NCBI GenBank assembly: GCA_963706025.1
Contig: CAVPLM010000019.1
Location: 27,076 to 91,075 of the forward strand
Source: an uncultured Actinomycetes bacterium
GTDB taxonomy: Bacteria > Actinomycetota > Thermoleophilia > RBG-16-64-13
Reading direction: 5' to 3'
Length of the DNA stretch: 64,000 nt
In this document: positions 53,832-63,613 of the stretch, in pieces
How positions within the stretch are numbered: the stretch's first letter is position 1
How the letters are laid out: each line of letters begins with the position of its first letter
The notes under the pieces: generated by a model
The model's database searches: none
What the model saw: the letters and a program-made list of their open reading frames with translations, nothing else
What the model was told of the DNA's origin: nothing
Translations under genes and position numbers: made by a program

Positions 53832-56459
53832 TCAATCCTCAGCTTTCAGATCCCTGCCCTCGGTGATGTCCAAAGTCGCTTCTGCCTCCCACTTCTCGAC
53901 CTCGATGAGACAGGAGTTGTTTGCCATACCCATCGATGTGGGAGTTATGAACCGGCAAGGGGTCAGGATGTTCACGCACCCTCCACGGTCGGGTGACTCT
54001 CCTGGCCTGCCGATCGGCTCGTATTCTGCACACGACTCATAGGAGTGTACCGTGCCAGAACGCAGCCGTTCGGTGACCTGCGCGGCCAAGATAACCGAAC
54101 CCCGATCATTGAAGGCCCGCACCAGGTCGCCGTCACTGATGCCGCGGTCCTCGGCATCACTGCGGCTTATCCGCATGATCCAGTAGTAGTGACCATCCGC
54201 CGCCAAGGAGCGATTGTTCTGGACCTCGCGCATCCAAGCGTCTTTACCATCAGCCATGGTGTGATAGGAAAACCGCGGGTGCGGCGAAACCATCTGCAGT
54301 GGATATCGGCTGTACAATTCCTCGGTGTGGTGACCCTCCCAGGACTCGATGTACTGCGGTCCCATGGCCGGTCTTTCCTGGTCCACGTCGCCAAATCGAG
54401 TTAGGCTTGAGGATACAAACTCTATCTTTCCTGACATGGTTTGCAGGCCCTTGAGCCCGACTGTGTCCCCTGGCGCTGGGCCCCAGTCGGGCGTGTCCCG
54501 TACCCTTCCCTCTGCGAACCAGCGCAACGCAGGGGTTGGCTTGCGATTTTCGGGCGGAGGGACCACGTAGTAGCCCTTCTTCTGGAATTCTTCCCAGCTT
54601 ATTACCTTGGGCAGGTCAGAGGCACGGAAGACCGCTCTCACCCAATCTAATTCGCTCTTCCCTCCATCACTGAATGCTTCATAAAGACCCAAGTGCTTGG
54701 AAAGCTCGCAGAAGATGTCGTAGTCCGATTTGGACTCGCCCAGCGGCTCAATGCACTTCTGCTGTAGGGTGATGACACGATGGTTGCAGTTCGTGTAGCT
54801 ATCCGCGACATAACCCGAACAGTTGGCAGACTCGCTTATGTCCCAGCGCTCGAAGTTGGTGCAAGCAGGCAGGATGATATCCGCGAACTCGGCTTCGCCT
54901 TCCATCCAGATAGATTGGTTGACTACGAACTGAAGCCTGTCGTTGCGATAAGCGTTGACGTAGCGATTGGTGTCCGTCATGGTCCCGAAAAAGGAGCCAC
55001 CGTAGCGGTAGTACATTGCGATACTTGCATATCCTGGGGCAGGGTACTCATACTCCTGTAGCTGGGACTCAATGGAAGAACCGCAGAAACCCTTGCCCCG
55101 CCAACGAAGACGCTCGTGCATGATGGCCTCGGGGATATTGAGGCGAGGAACCGCCTGCCCCTCAGTGGAATCATGGGTGTTTCTGGTAACGCCGCGACCT
55201 TCGCTGAACATGCGATAGACCCACCGGTATCCGGCAGCTGACTTGTCCACGTCCCCAGATATACCGCCTTCGGCGTAGCCCGGGAACATGAAGGAGGTGT
55301 CAAGAGGCACACCCATGGTCGTCGACCAGATATTGCTGCCCGGTTTGCCCATTCCTTGCATCGCCGCCAGCGCGATCATGCTGCGGGCATATTCGTTGCC
55401 GTGGGCTGAGCGACAAGCGCCTCCCTGGCCACCTGCCCCCCCCGCAGCCAGCATCGTCTTCTTCGAAGCCCAGCGGCGCGCCACAGCTCGGATATCGCGA
55501 GCGGGGATACTCGTCTCAGTCTCTGCCCACTCCGGGGTCTTCGGCTGACCGTCGCTTCCGCCAAGAACGTACTCTTTCCACTCGTTAAACCCTACGGTTC
55601 GACCAGCGATGTATTCCTTATCGTAGGTATCCTCCGTAATCCAGGTGAAAGCGATGGCAAGGGCCAGGGCAGCGTCCGTGCCCATCCGAGGCGCGAGCCA
55701 CTTTCCTCCCAGAAGCCCCGCCGTGTGGTTGAAATACGGGTCGATGAAGACCATCTCCACGCCCAACTCCTTCAGCCAGAAGCGGCGAGGCGTGCTGTCG
55801 AAGGCGCCATAGATCCCGTGAGTAGTCTCCGGGTCGGAGGACCAGAACACCACCAATTCTGTGTTCTTGAGAGCGTCTTCCAGCAAGTCATACTGCTCTG
55901 GGATACCGAGACGGTGAGTGAAACCCCACATGTGCGATGCACCCCAGTGCCACCCCTCCCAACTGTCTGGGTTGTGAGCGGAGTGACACATCCCTACCAG
56001 GTTCAAGAATCGAAGATAGGCGCTGTGTCGGTAACCGACATTGCCCCACAGGTGGTGTGAAGAACAAGTAGTCAAGATACCTCCGGGGCCCACCTCACGC
56101 TTCACCCGCGCTATCTCCTCAGCCACTGTGGTGAGCGCTTCGTTCCAGCTTATTGGCTCGTAGCCGGACTCGCCGCGCTTCTCACAGTTGCGCTTCCCGT
56201 GGGGGTCGAAGTCCACCCTCTTGAGGGGGGTTAGAATCCGCTTCGGTGAGTAGATCAACGACTTCATGGCCACCGAGTAGGGGGCCAGAGTCGTCCTTCT
56301 CGGTGGAGTGAACGACCGCCCCCTAGCCTGAATAGTCCAAGATGCAGCATCGTTGTCATCCAGATCCATGGGGGTAATGCGGATGATCTTGCCATCATGG
56401 ACATCGACGAACACGGGACCGCCATTCGTACCATTGGTCAGTCGGGTGACTCGGGTCAT
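53832..56459 (-). CDS. Pyrogallol:phloroglucinol transhydroxylase large subunit homolog #3
   Basis: 875 aa; RLTNGTNGGPVFV, SSHHLWGNVGYRHS, NPDSWEGWHWG, FPGYAEGGISGD, ANCSGY, HSYESCA all match AthL as I recall it. Confidence 0.9.
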   Translation of the reverse strand: MTRVTRLTNGTNGGPVFVDVHDGKIIRITPMDLDDNDAASWTIQARGRSFTPPRRTTLAPYSVAMKSLIYSPKRILTPLKRVDFDPHGKRNCEKRGESGYEPISWNEALTTVAEEIARVKREVGPGGILTTCSSHHLWGNVGYRHSAYLRFLNLVGMCHSAHNPDSWEGWHWGASHMWGFTHRLGIPEQYDLLEDALKNTELVVFWSSDPETTHGIYGAFDSTPRRFWLKELGVEMVFIDPYFNHTAGLLGGKWLAPRMGTDAALALAIAFTWITEDTYDKEYIAGRTVGFNEWKEYVLGGSDGQPKTPEWAETETSIPARDIRAVARRWASKKTMLAAGGAGGQGGACRSAHGNEYARSMIALAAMQGMGKPGSNIWSTTMGVPLDTSFMFPGYAEGGISGDVDKSAAGYRWVYRMFSEGRGVTRNTHDSTEGQAVPRLNIPEAIMHERLRWRGKGFCGSSIESQLQEYEYPAPGYASIAMYYRYGGSFFGTMTDTNRYVNAYRNDRLQFVVNQSIWMEGEAEFADIILPACTNFERWDISESANCSGYVADSYTNCNHRVITLQQKCIEPLGESKSDYDIFCELSKHLGLYEAFSDGGKSELDWVRAVFRASDLPKVISWEEFQKKGYYVVPPPENRKPTPALRWFAEGRVRDTPDWGPAPGDTVGLKGLQTMSGKIEFVSSSLTRFGDVDQERPAMGPQYIESWEGHHTEELYSRYPLQMVSPHPRFSYHTMADGKDAWMREVQNNRSLAADGHYYWIMRISRSDAEDRGISDGDLVRAFNDRGSVILAAQVTERLRSGTVHSYESCAEYEPIGRPGESPDRGGCVNILTPCRFITPTSMGMANNSCLIEVEKWEAEATLDITEGRDLKAED

Positions 56460-56666
56460 CGTGCGACCCCTTTCATTTCTCGCGCCAGAAAGCGGCTGAC
56501 GATGGTGCTCCGCTCTCCTCGAATGCTCACGAAACCTTGAACTGCTCGTCACTCATGAAACTCTTCGTCAAGCCTCGGATGGGCGCGTCCACCCCCTTCC
56601 GCCTCGTTCTGCGGGTTGAGGTATCCCCAAGACGACTTGCGTTTGCGCTTGAGCAGTGATGTCTAT

Positions 56667-57206
56667 CTAGTACTTCCCTAGTGATTTAACATATTCCACG
56701 AACTGATCGAACGTACTATATTTCTTGTCGACCCCACCTATGAAATCAGCGTACTCATCTACGTCAGTGAAAGTTCGACCGGTAAGACAATCAGTCATAT
56801 CGGTGCTGATGCCGCTGTCGCGTGACCAAGGGGGTGAGAATGAGTGGAGCAATATCATCTCGGTTTCGCCTACATTTGAATACGAGTGGGGTGCATACGC
56901 AGGAATGTAAAGCAAAGTCCGTCCAGTGATAGGCTTTACTTCAGCCTCTGACAACGGCCATCCAAGATAGATATTGCACTTGCCTTGGCCACCAATGAAA
57001 TCAAAGTAATATACACTCTCACTTCTGGTGTGATAATGAGGTGTGCTGTAAGCACCCGGCTGATACCAGACTATTTCCCACGTAGTGTTGTACATCTCGG
57101 GCGGCCGGGGAGCGAAGAGTCGCTTGCCCCACAGCTCCCCTTTTTCGTGAAGTTCAGCGAGAGAAAAGACGGTCGGCTTCTCCCCGGGCGTAAACTCAGA
57201 TCTCAT
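56667..57206 (-). CDS. Cupin domain protein
   Basis: PHYHTRSESVYY and PAYAPHSYSN metal-binding cupin motifs. Confidence 0.8.
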   Translation of the reverse strand: MRSEFTPGEKPTVFSLAELHEKGELWGKRLFAPRPPEMYNTTWEIVWYQPGAYSTPHYHTRSESVYYFDFIGGQGKCNIYLGWPLSEAEVKPITGRTLLYIPAYAPHSYSNVGETEMILLHSFSPPWSRDSGISTDMTDCLTGRTFTDVDEYADFIGGVDKKYSTFDQFVEYVKSLGKY

Positions 57207-57282
57207 TAAACTTACCTCCTTCTCTTATGGTTATTGCCTAGATCTCAATCAACACGACCGTCGATCACAGTGTTCCACTTCT

Positions 57283-59883
57283 TCATTCTGGCTGGACCCC
57301 CCATTTCTCGACCTCGATGAGGCAGGAGTTGCTGGCCATGGCGAACGATGTGGGCGTCAGAAAGCGTTTGGAGGTCAGAAGATTGACGCAGCCAGCCCTG
57401 TCCGCTGACTCACCGGGCTCCCCCAGGGGCAGATAGTCGGCACAGGACTCGTAGGAGTGCACCGTGCCTGCCGGTACCCGCTCGGTAACTTGCGCCACGA
57501 GGATGACAGAGCCCCGGTCGTTATAGGCACAGACAAGGTCGCCGTCCTTGATCCCACGAGCCTCGGCGTCCTTGGTGTTGACTCGCATGACCCAGTAGCG
57601 GTGACCGTCCACCAGCACCCGGTGGTCTTTGACCTCGTTCAGCCAGCTCTCCTTGGAATCGCCCATGGTATGGAAGGAAAAGCGCGGGTGGGGCGAGACC
57701 ATCTGCAGTGGGTACTTGTCGTAGAGCTCTCTGGTGTGGTGGCCTTCCCAGCTGGGGATGTACTGCGGCCCCATGATCGGGCGCTCGGGGTCGCTAAAGC
57801 CATTGGCTGCGAATCGCTTGAGGCTATTGGACACGAACTCGATCTTGCCCGACTGGGTCTGTAGGCCCTTCAGGCCGACCTGATCACAAGGCGCTGGACC
57901 CCAATCAGAAGTGTCACGCTTCCGATCCTCAGCAAACCAACGCATAGCTGGGGCCGACTTGTGATCCTTCGGGAAAGGCACGACGAAGTATCCCTTTCTC
58001 TCGAACTCTTCCCAGGTAATGTATTTGGGCAGATCGGTGGCATGGAATGAGTCCTTGACCCACCCATACTCATCTTTGCCCATGCTGAAGAGTTCATAGA
58101 TGCCCAGCCGTTTCGCCAATTCACAGAATATGTCGTAGTCCGACTTGCTTTCCCCGAGTGGCTCGATGCACTTGTGCTGCAAGGTGATCACCCTATGGTT
58201 GCACTGAGTGAAGGTGTCAGGGATGTAGCCTGAGCAGTTGGCGAACTCGCTGATATCCCAGCGTTCGAAGTTCGTGCAGGCTGGCAGGATGACGTCGGCG
58301 AAACGGGCCTCCCCTTCGAACCAGATGGACTGGTTGGCCACGAACGGGACCTTGCCTTCCCGGTATGCGTTGACGAACCGGTTGGTCTCGGTCATCGTGC
58401 CGATGAACGAGCCGCCGTAGCGGTAGTACATCTCAACGTGAGGGTAGCCGGGAGCGGGATACTCAAACTGCTCGAATTGCATCTCGATAGAAGCGGCGCA
58501 GGCCCCCTTACCGTGCCACTTGAGACGCTCGTGCCGCATGACTTCGGGGATCAGCAGACGAGGCATTATTTGCCCCTCTGCTGTGTCGTGGACGTTAGCA
58601 GTCCCCCCCGAAAGAGCCCCCTTGGGGAATAGCCGCGAGTATTGTTGGAAAGCGGTCCCTGTCTTCGCGACATCGCCAGATATGCCGCCCTCGGCATAAC
58701 CCGGGAAGAAGAATGACTCATCATGGGGAGCACCCTGGGTGGTGCTCCAGATATTTGTACCCGCTTTGCCGTAGCCCTGCATCGCCGCAAGTGCGATCAT
58801 TGTGCGAGCCCACTCGCCGCCTGTGGCAGAGCGGCAGGCACCTCCCCAACCTCCGAGACCGCCAGCAGCCAGCATGGTCTTTTTGGCGCCCCACTCCCGG
58901 GCTAGGGCTCGAATCTCGCGTGCTGGAATGCCACACTCACCTTCAGCCCACTGGGGGGTCTTCGCCACACCGTCGCTCTCGCCCAATATATAGCGCTTCC
59001 ACTGCTCGAAGCCGATGGTACGGCCGGCTATGTACTCCTTATCGTAGGTGCCTTCGGTAATCCAGGTGAAGGCGATCGCTAGCCCCAGCGGTACGTCTGT
59101 ACCAAGCCGAGGGGCGAGCCATTTGTCCGAGAAAAGTCCGGCGGTGTGATTGAAATAGGGGTCGATGAAGACCATCTTCACACCTAGCTCCTTGAGCCAG
59201 AACCGGCGTGGCGTGCTCTCGAAAGCGGAGTAAATGCCGCCACCAGTGGTCTCTGGGTCCGATGACCAGAAGACGATCATGTCGGTATTCTTGAGCGCAT
59301 CTTCCAAGAGATCGGTCTGTTCAGGGATGCCCAGACGGTGAGTGTTGCCCCACATATGCGCTCCCACCCAGAGCCAGCCCTCCCAGCTATCAGCATTCTG
59401 TGCAACCCATGTCATGCCAGCCAGATTTGAGAACCGCATGTAGGCCGAGAAGCGGTATCCGACATTTCCCCACAGATGGTGAGAGCCACTAGTCGTCATA
59501 ATGCTGCCCGGTCCCGCCTCACGTTTCGCCCGAACCATCTCCTCAGCAACCATATCTGCCGCTGCATCCCAGCTTATGGGCTCGTACCCGGAAACGCCGC
59601 GATTATGGATGTTGCGCTTGCCCTTCGGGTCGAAGTCCACTCGTTTTAGGGGGGTTAGGATCCGCTTGGGCGAGTAAACCATGGACTTCTGGGCCACCGC
59701 GTGGGGGGCCAAGGTGGTCCGACGAGGAGGTTTGAAGGTACGGCCCCGTGCGTCGATGGCCCAACTATCGGCGTCGTCTTCGTCGAAGATAATCGGCGTC
59801 ATGCGGACGATCTTGCCGTCTTTCACGTCCACAAAGACGGGGCCGCCAGTAGTGGAGTTAGTAAGTCTCGTCACCTTTCCCAT
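57283..59883 (-). CDS. Pyrogallol:phloroglucinol transhydroxylase large subunit homolog #4
   Basis: RLTNSTTGGPVFV, GSHHLWGNVGYRFS, NADSWEGW, GGLGGWGGACR, EFANCSGYIPD. Confidence 0.9.
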   Translation of the reverse strand: MGKVTRLTNSTTGGPVFVDVKDGKIVRMTPIIFDEDDADSWAIDARGRTFKPPRRTTLAPHAVAQKSMVYSPKRILTPLKRVDFDPKGKRNIHNRGVSGYEPISWDAAADMVAEEMVRAKREAGPGSIMTTSGSHHLWGNVGYRFSAYMRFSNLAGMTWVAQNADSWEGWLWVGAHMWGNTHRLGIPEQTDLLEDALKNTDMIVFWSSDPETTGGGIYSAFESTPRRFWLKELGVKMVFIDPYFNHTAGLFSDKWLAPRLGTDVPLGLAIAFTWITEGTYDKEYIAGRTIGFEQWKRYILGESDGVAKTPQWAEGECGIPAREIRALAREWGAKKTMLAAGGLGGWGGACRSATGGEWARTMIALAAMQGYGKAGTNIWSTTQGAPHDESFFFPGYAEGGISGDVAKTGTAFQQYSRLFPKGALSGGTANVHDTAEGQIMPRLLIPEVMRHERLKWHGKGACAASIEMQFEQFEYPAPGYPHVEMYYRYGGSFIGTMTETNRFVNAYREGKVPFVANQSIWFEGEARFADVILPACTNFERWDISEFANCSGYIPDTFTQCNHRVITLQHKCIEPLGESKSDYDIFCELAKRLGIYELFSMGKDEYGWVKDSFHATDLPKYITWEEFERKGYFVVPFPKDHKSAPAMRWFAEDRKRDTSDWGPAPCDQVGLKGLQTQSGKIEFVSNSLKRFAANGFSDPERPIMGPQYIPSWEGHHTRELYDKYPLQMVSPHPRFSFHTMGDSKESWLNEVKDHRVLVDGHRYWVMRVNTKDAEARGIKDGDLVCAYNDRGSVILVAQVTERVPAGTVHSYESCADYLPLGEPGESADRAGCVNLLTSKRFLTPTSFAMASNSCLIEVEKWGVQPE

Positions 59884-59988
59884 TGATGATGCGCCTCCGT
59901 CCTCATTTGTTCTCGACCCATTCGCGCGCCGGCTTGCGCGCAGTATGCCGATATATTCATGCTGGGTGGCCCGGTGAGCGGCGCCGGT

Positions 59989-61035
59989 CTACGGCCCCAG
60001 AAACACCTTCAGACAGCGATCCTTGTGGTTCTCGAACAGGTCGTAGGCTTCGACCGCGTCCTCAAGCGAGAACCTATGCGTTCCGATGGGCCCCAGATCG
60101 ACTCGTCCGTGCTCGACGAGCTTCATGAGCTTGGGGATGTGCACCATGTTGCCCAGTCCCATCACCACTTTGATCCCCCTGAAGATCAGTTCGTGCACGG
60201 GAAACTCCACCGGTTCGCTGAAGAGCCCTACGCAGGACACGGTGCCGTATTTGTTGATCATGCGCGTGGCGTTCGAGAAGGCGCTCGTGTCGCCGCTGGC
60301 TTCAAGGACCACATCCACACCTTCCTGACCTGTCGCCGCCAGTATCTGCTCGGCGGGGTCACATTGCCGGATGTCTATCGGAGTCGCGCCGTAGCGCTCG
60401 GCCAGAGCCAGGCGATTCTCGAAGAGGTCGATGGCGAAGACCCGGCTGGGCCCGAATTGCCAGGCAGAGAGGACGGCGCAGAGACCCACGGGGCCGCAAC
60501 CTGAGATGGCGACCGTATCCCCCACCTTTATCTTGGCCTCGTAAGCCGCGTGGTAGCCGGTGTTGAACATGTCGCCGACCAAGACGGCCTGCTCGTCTGG
60601 GACGCCGGCCGGGATGTGCGTTAGTGCGAAATCTGCATAGGGAACGCGGACCAGCTCCGTCTGCACGCCGTCAAGACCCATGGGAGACAAGAACAGACCT
60701 CCGCCATACGTGGACAACTCCGGGCAATTCTGTAGAATGCCCGACCGGCAGGCCTGGCAGGTGCCGCAGGTGACGGCCGGGGGCGAGACGACACGGTCGC
60801 CAACGCGGAAACGCCGGACGCCGGCCCCTGCCTCCTGAACGACCCCGACGAACTCGTGTCCAAGTATGGTACCGGGTTCAATGCCGGGTATGCGTCCGTG
60901 TTTCATGTGTACATCGGTGCCGCAGATCGCGGTCAGGGTCACGCGGACCAGGACATCCGACGATTCCCGCAGTGAGGGCTCAGGAACGTCCTCTACGATG
61001 ATCTGCGCACCATCTCTCAGGACGACTGCTCGCAC
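59989..61035 (-). CDS. Zn-dependent alcohol dehydrogenase (MDR family)
   Basis: ICGTD, GHE, CGTCQAC...C structural Zn site, GCGPVG; GGAGG RBS before GTG 61035. Confidence 0.88.
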   Translation of the reverse strand: MRAVVLRDGAQIIVEDVPEPSLRESSDVLVRVTLTAICGTDVHMKHGRIPGIEPGTILGHEFVGVVQEAGAGVRRFRVGDRVVSPPAVTCGTCQACRSGILQNCPELSTYGGGLFLSPMGLDGVQTELVRVPYADFALTHIPAGVPDEQAVLVGDMFNTGYHAAYEAKIKVGDTVAISGCGPVGLCAVLSAWQFGPSRVFAIDLFENRLALAERYGATPIDIRQCDPAEQILAATGQEGVDVVLEASGDTSAFSNATRMINKYGTVSCVGLFSEPVEFPVHELIFRGIKVVMGLGNMVHIPKLMKLVEHGRVDLGPIGTHRFSLEDAVEAYDLFENHKDRCLKVFLGP

Positions 61036-61496
61036 TTTGCACCTCCAGCTGTTCTCGCAGATACCATGTAGATCATGTGCATGGATGATCTCATAGGCAG
61101 TATGTGAGCAACGCTGGTCATCATGTCGAAAACCGGCGCTTTCTCCAGCCCACGGCGGCAATCCCCATCAAGCTCGCCTCTCTCGAGATATCGATCAAGA
61201 ACCACTTTCGGGAACTGATCGTCAACACCCGTGGATGCGTGTTCGCGCCCGCCGCACCTGGTGCCGATCCAAGAGCGCCAGTGCGAAGGCAGCGGGCGCT
61301 TCAGGCTCCTCGAGGATGCGGCCTTCTGGCTACCATAACGGCGAATGACCCATGCTTCCCGAGGACCCGGGTCGCGAAAACCATCACGAGGTTTGACTCT
61401 CCATGCCCCCCGTACCTGACTCACTGGAACGCAGCTCCTAGGGTAGCCGCTGAAGGCCAGGTTGCGGGCAACTCGAGGGATGGCTGAGCCGGAATA

Positions 61497-62666
61497 TCAG
61501 AGCGCCTTCATGTAGACCTCGGTAGCGTCTTTCGCTCCGACATCGCGCGGGTTCATCAAACCGAGGGGGAAGGACTGATAGGTCATGAGCTCGTCGACCA
61601 GACCAGGGATATCCGCGGCCGTGAGCCCCACTTCGCTCAGCCGTTGCGGCATGTCCAAGTCGGAGAGCAGCGCACGCACTGCCGAAACCGACTTAAGTGC
61701 CGCATCCCGGATGGAAAGCCCATTTGTGTTCTCTCCAAGAAGTCGGGCGACTTCTGCATGTTCTCCGGAGCCGAGATCAGGTTGTACTCCATCGCGTAGG
61801 GGAGCATGAGACCCACCGCAGCTCCATGAGAGATGCCAGCCCGCTTGCCCAAGGCTATGTTCATGAGGTGGGCTAGTCCCACTCCCGCCACTGACCCGGC
61901 AAACATGGCGAACGAGGCGCCGATCGACATCTGATACCGGTCCTCCATCCGGGCGCATCCTTTGGCATATGCTGGCCCGATGCTTTTCGAGATAAGCCGA
62001 ATGGCCTCGGAAGCAAAGAGATCGGTGACGAGATTGGCCCGGCAACAGGTATAGCCTTCTATGGCGTGAGCAAGGGCGTCCATACCGGTATGGGCGGTGG
62101 CCGTGGCCGGAAGGTCTCTGGTGAGAGCCGGGTCGACGATCACCGCCTCTGGGAGATTCAGGGGGATGATGTAGACGTTGGTCCTATCATCGGTCGTGTC
62201 GGTGGTGATGACAGCGGCCGTGCTCCACTCCGATCCAGTGCCGGCGGTGGTGGGGATGAGGATCTTGGGCAGGCTCTTCTCGAACACTTTTCCCTCCAGC
62301 AGATCCTGAAGGCTTGCCCCCTCGTTGGCGGCGAGGATGCTGGCGGCCTTGGTAGTGTCCATGACGCTGCCCCCGCCTACGCCGACGAGCAGGCCGTAAT
62401 GTCCACTCTTCACCCTCTTAGCCAGCTCCTCGATGCCGCTCGCCGGTGCTTCCACCCCACACCCATCAAATACATCGGCCTCAAGCTGGGCCGAGGCCAG
62501 GCTCGCCTGCACGGTGTCGATGATTCCAGCGCCGGCCACTCCCCGGTCGGTGACGATGAGAATCCGGTTTGGCGACAGGGTTTTCACCACGTCCCCGGCC
62601 GCCTATGGCACCTACACCGAGCAGGGTCCGCGGAATTGCTATTTCGACAAGGTCAGCGTGAGACAC
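61497..62666 (-). CDS. Iron-containing alcohol dehydrogenase (frameshifts near 62600 and 61770)
   Basis: GGGSVMD, PTTAGTGSE, DALAHAIE, GLAH...SHG, MPQRLSEVG, NPR. Confidence 0.88.
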
Positions 62667-62778
62667 TTGATCTTCTCCTTCCGCCCGTTTTGGGCCGGCA
62701 ACAGCTTGACTCTCCGAAGCACTCAATTGCTGGATCGGCGTGATTGCGTCTAAGGATAGGAAGGACGCGCAGGTGTTT

Positions 62779-63443
62779 CTAGATATCCTTGGTGTCACGG
62801 GCGTAGAGCCCGGGCAGAAACTCGGCTAAATTGCCCATCTCGTGACAGTTGTGTTCGAGCAGACCTACAGCCTCTTCTATGGTGGCTTTCCGCAACCAGA
62901 ACCGGTTTCTCATCTCGCATCCGAAATAGGTGTCACGGACCATGTGAAGGAACGCGCCGAAGGACGCTCCTTTGTCATCGCCCAGATCGGCGCAGAGGGC
63001 ACAGTTGATGTTCGTGTCCGTGAACCGAGAAGTGTCCATGATCTCTGCGGGGTCGTAAAAGCTGATGACTATGGGGACGAGCTTACCCCCCAATACTCAC
63101 TGATGCGCCAAGTCGCCCCCGCTACGGTGCCGGGCTTGTTCTTGAAATCCGATTCGAACGTGGTGTGATCGGGGCTCCAGGTTTTGTTTCTGTCGATGTT
63201 CGTCATGTAGCTTGCGAACCACCGATCGACCATCTTTCCCTTGCAGTGGGAGAAACGGGTGAGGGTGTTGACAAACATGCCGCCATCAGGGGCAGGGGCG
63301 TAGCCTGTCTCTATCGGCCCATAACCCGGAGACAGGACCTCTTCGATGACCTCTGGAGGAAATGTGAACCTCTCCATAACCTGATGTCTCCTTTCGCGTA
63401 CCGACTCCTTGGTGAAGAACTCCGGCAACCGGGCGTCGCCATT
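62779..63443 (-). CDS. DAPG hydrolase PhlG / phloretin hydrolase family C-C hydrolase (frameshift in the G-run near 63088; start uncertain)
   Basis: ETGY...DGG, MVDRWF, WSPDH, ISEYWG, GCEMRNRFW, LEHNCHEMGNLAEFLPGLY. Confidence 0.75.
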
Positions 63444-63559
63444 CCCTGAGCCGCCAGGCTAGTTGTATGCCGGTTCGTACGCAAGAACCAGGCACCATTA
63501 CGTATAGCGCAACGAAGCTTGGCGCCATACGTGATGAAGACGCGAAATGGCATGTGCTT

Positions 63560-63603
63560 CCACTCGCGGTCGAGAGCCGATATCGACTCTCGACCGCGAG
63601 TGG
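63560..63603 (-). terminator. Long hairpin downstream of the second solute-binding protein gene
   Basis: ccactcgcggtcgagag...ctctcgaccgcgagtgg, 17-bp perfect stem. Confidence 0.6.
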
Positions 63604-63613
63604 ATCAATCCTG

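Noticed and set aside
52635-56459. Terminase fragment in frame with the TGA stop of Mo enzyme #3 (possible Sec or readthrough fusion)
   Set aside because: The Mo enzyme is complete at the stop, I see no convincing SECIS-like hairpin, and being in frame has a 1-in-3 chance.
33332-59883. Calling the Mo enzymes respiratory DMSO/TMAO reductases
   Set aside because: No Tat signal, no membrane anchor gene, and transhydroxylase-type sequence motifs.
61050-61490. Unassigned 440-bp gap between the two ADH genes with short ORFs on both strands
   Set aside because: I could not recognise any protein motif or RNA structure.
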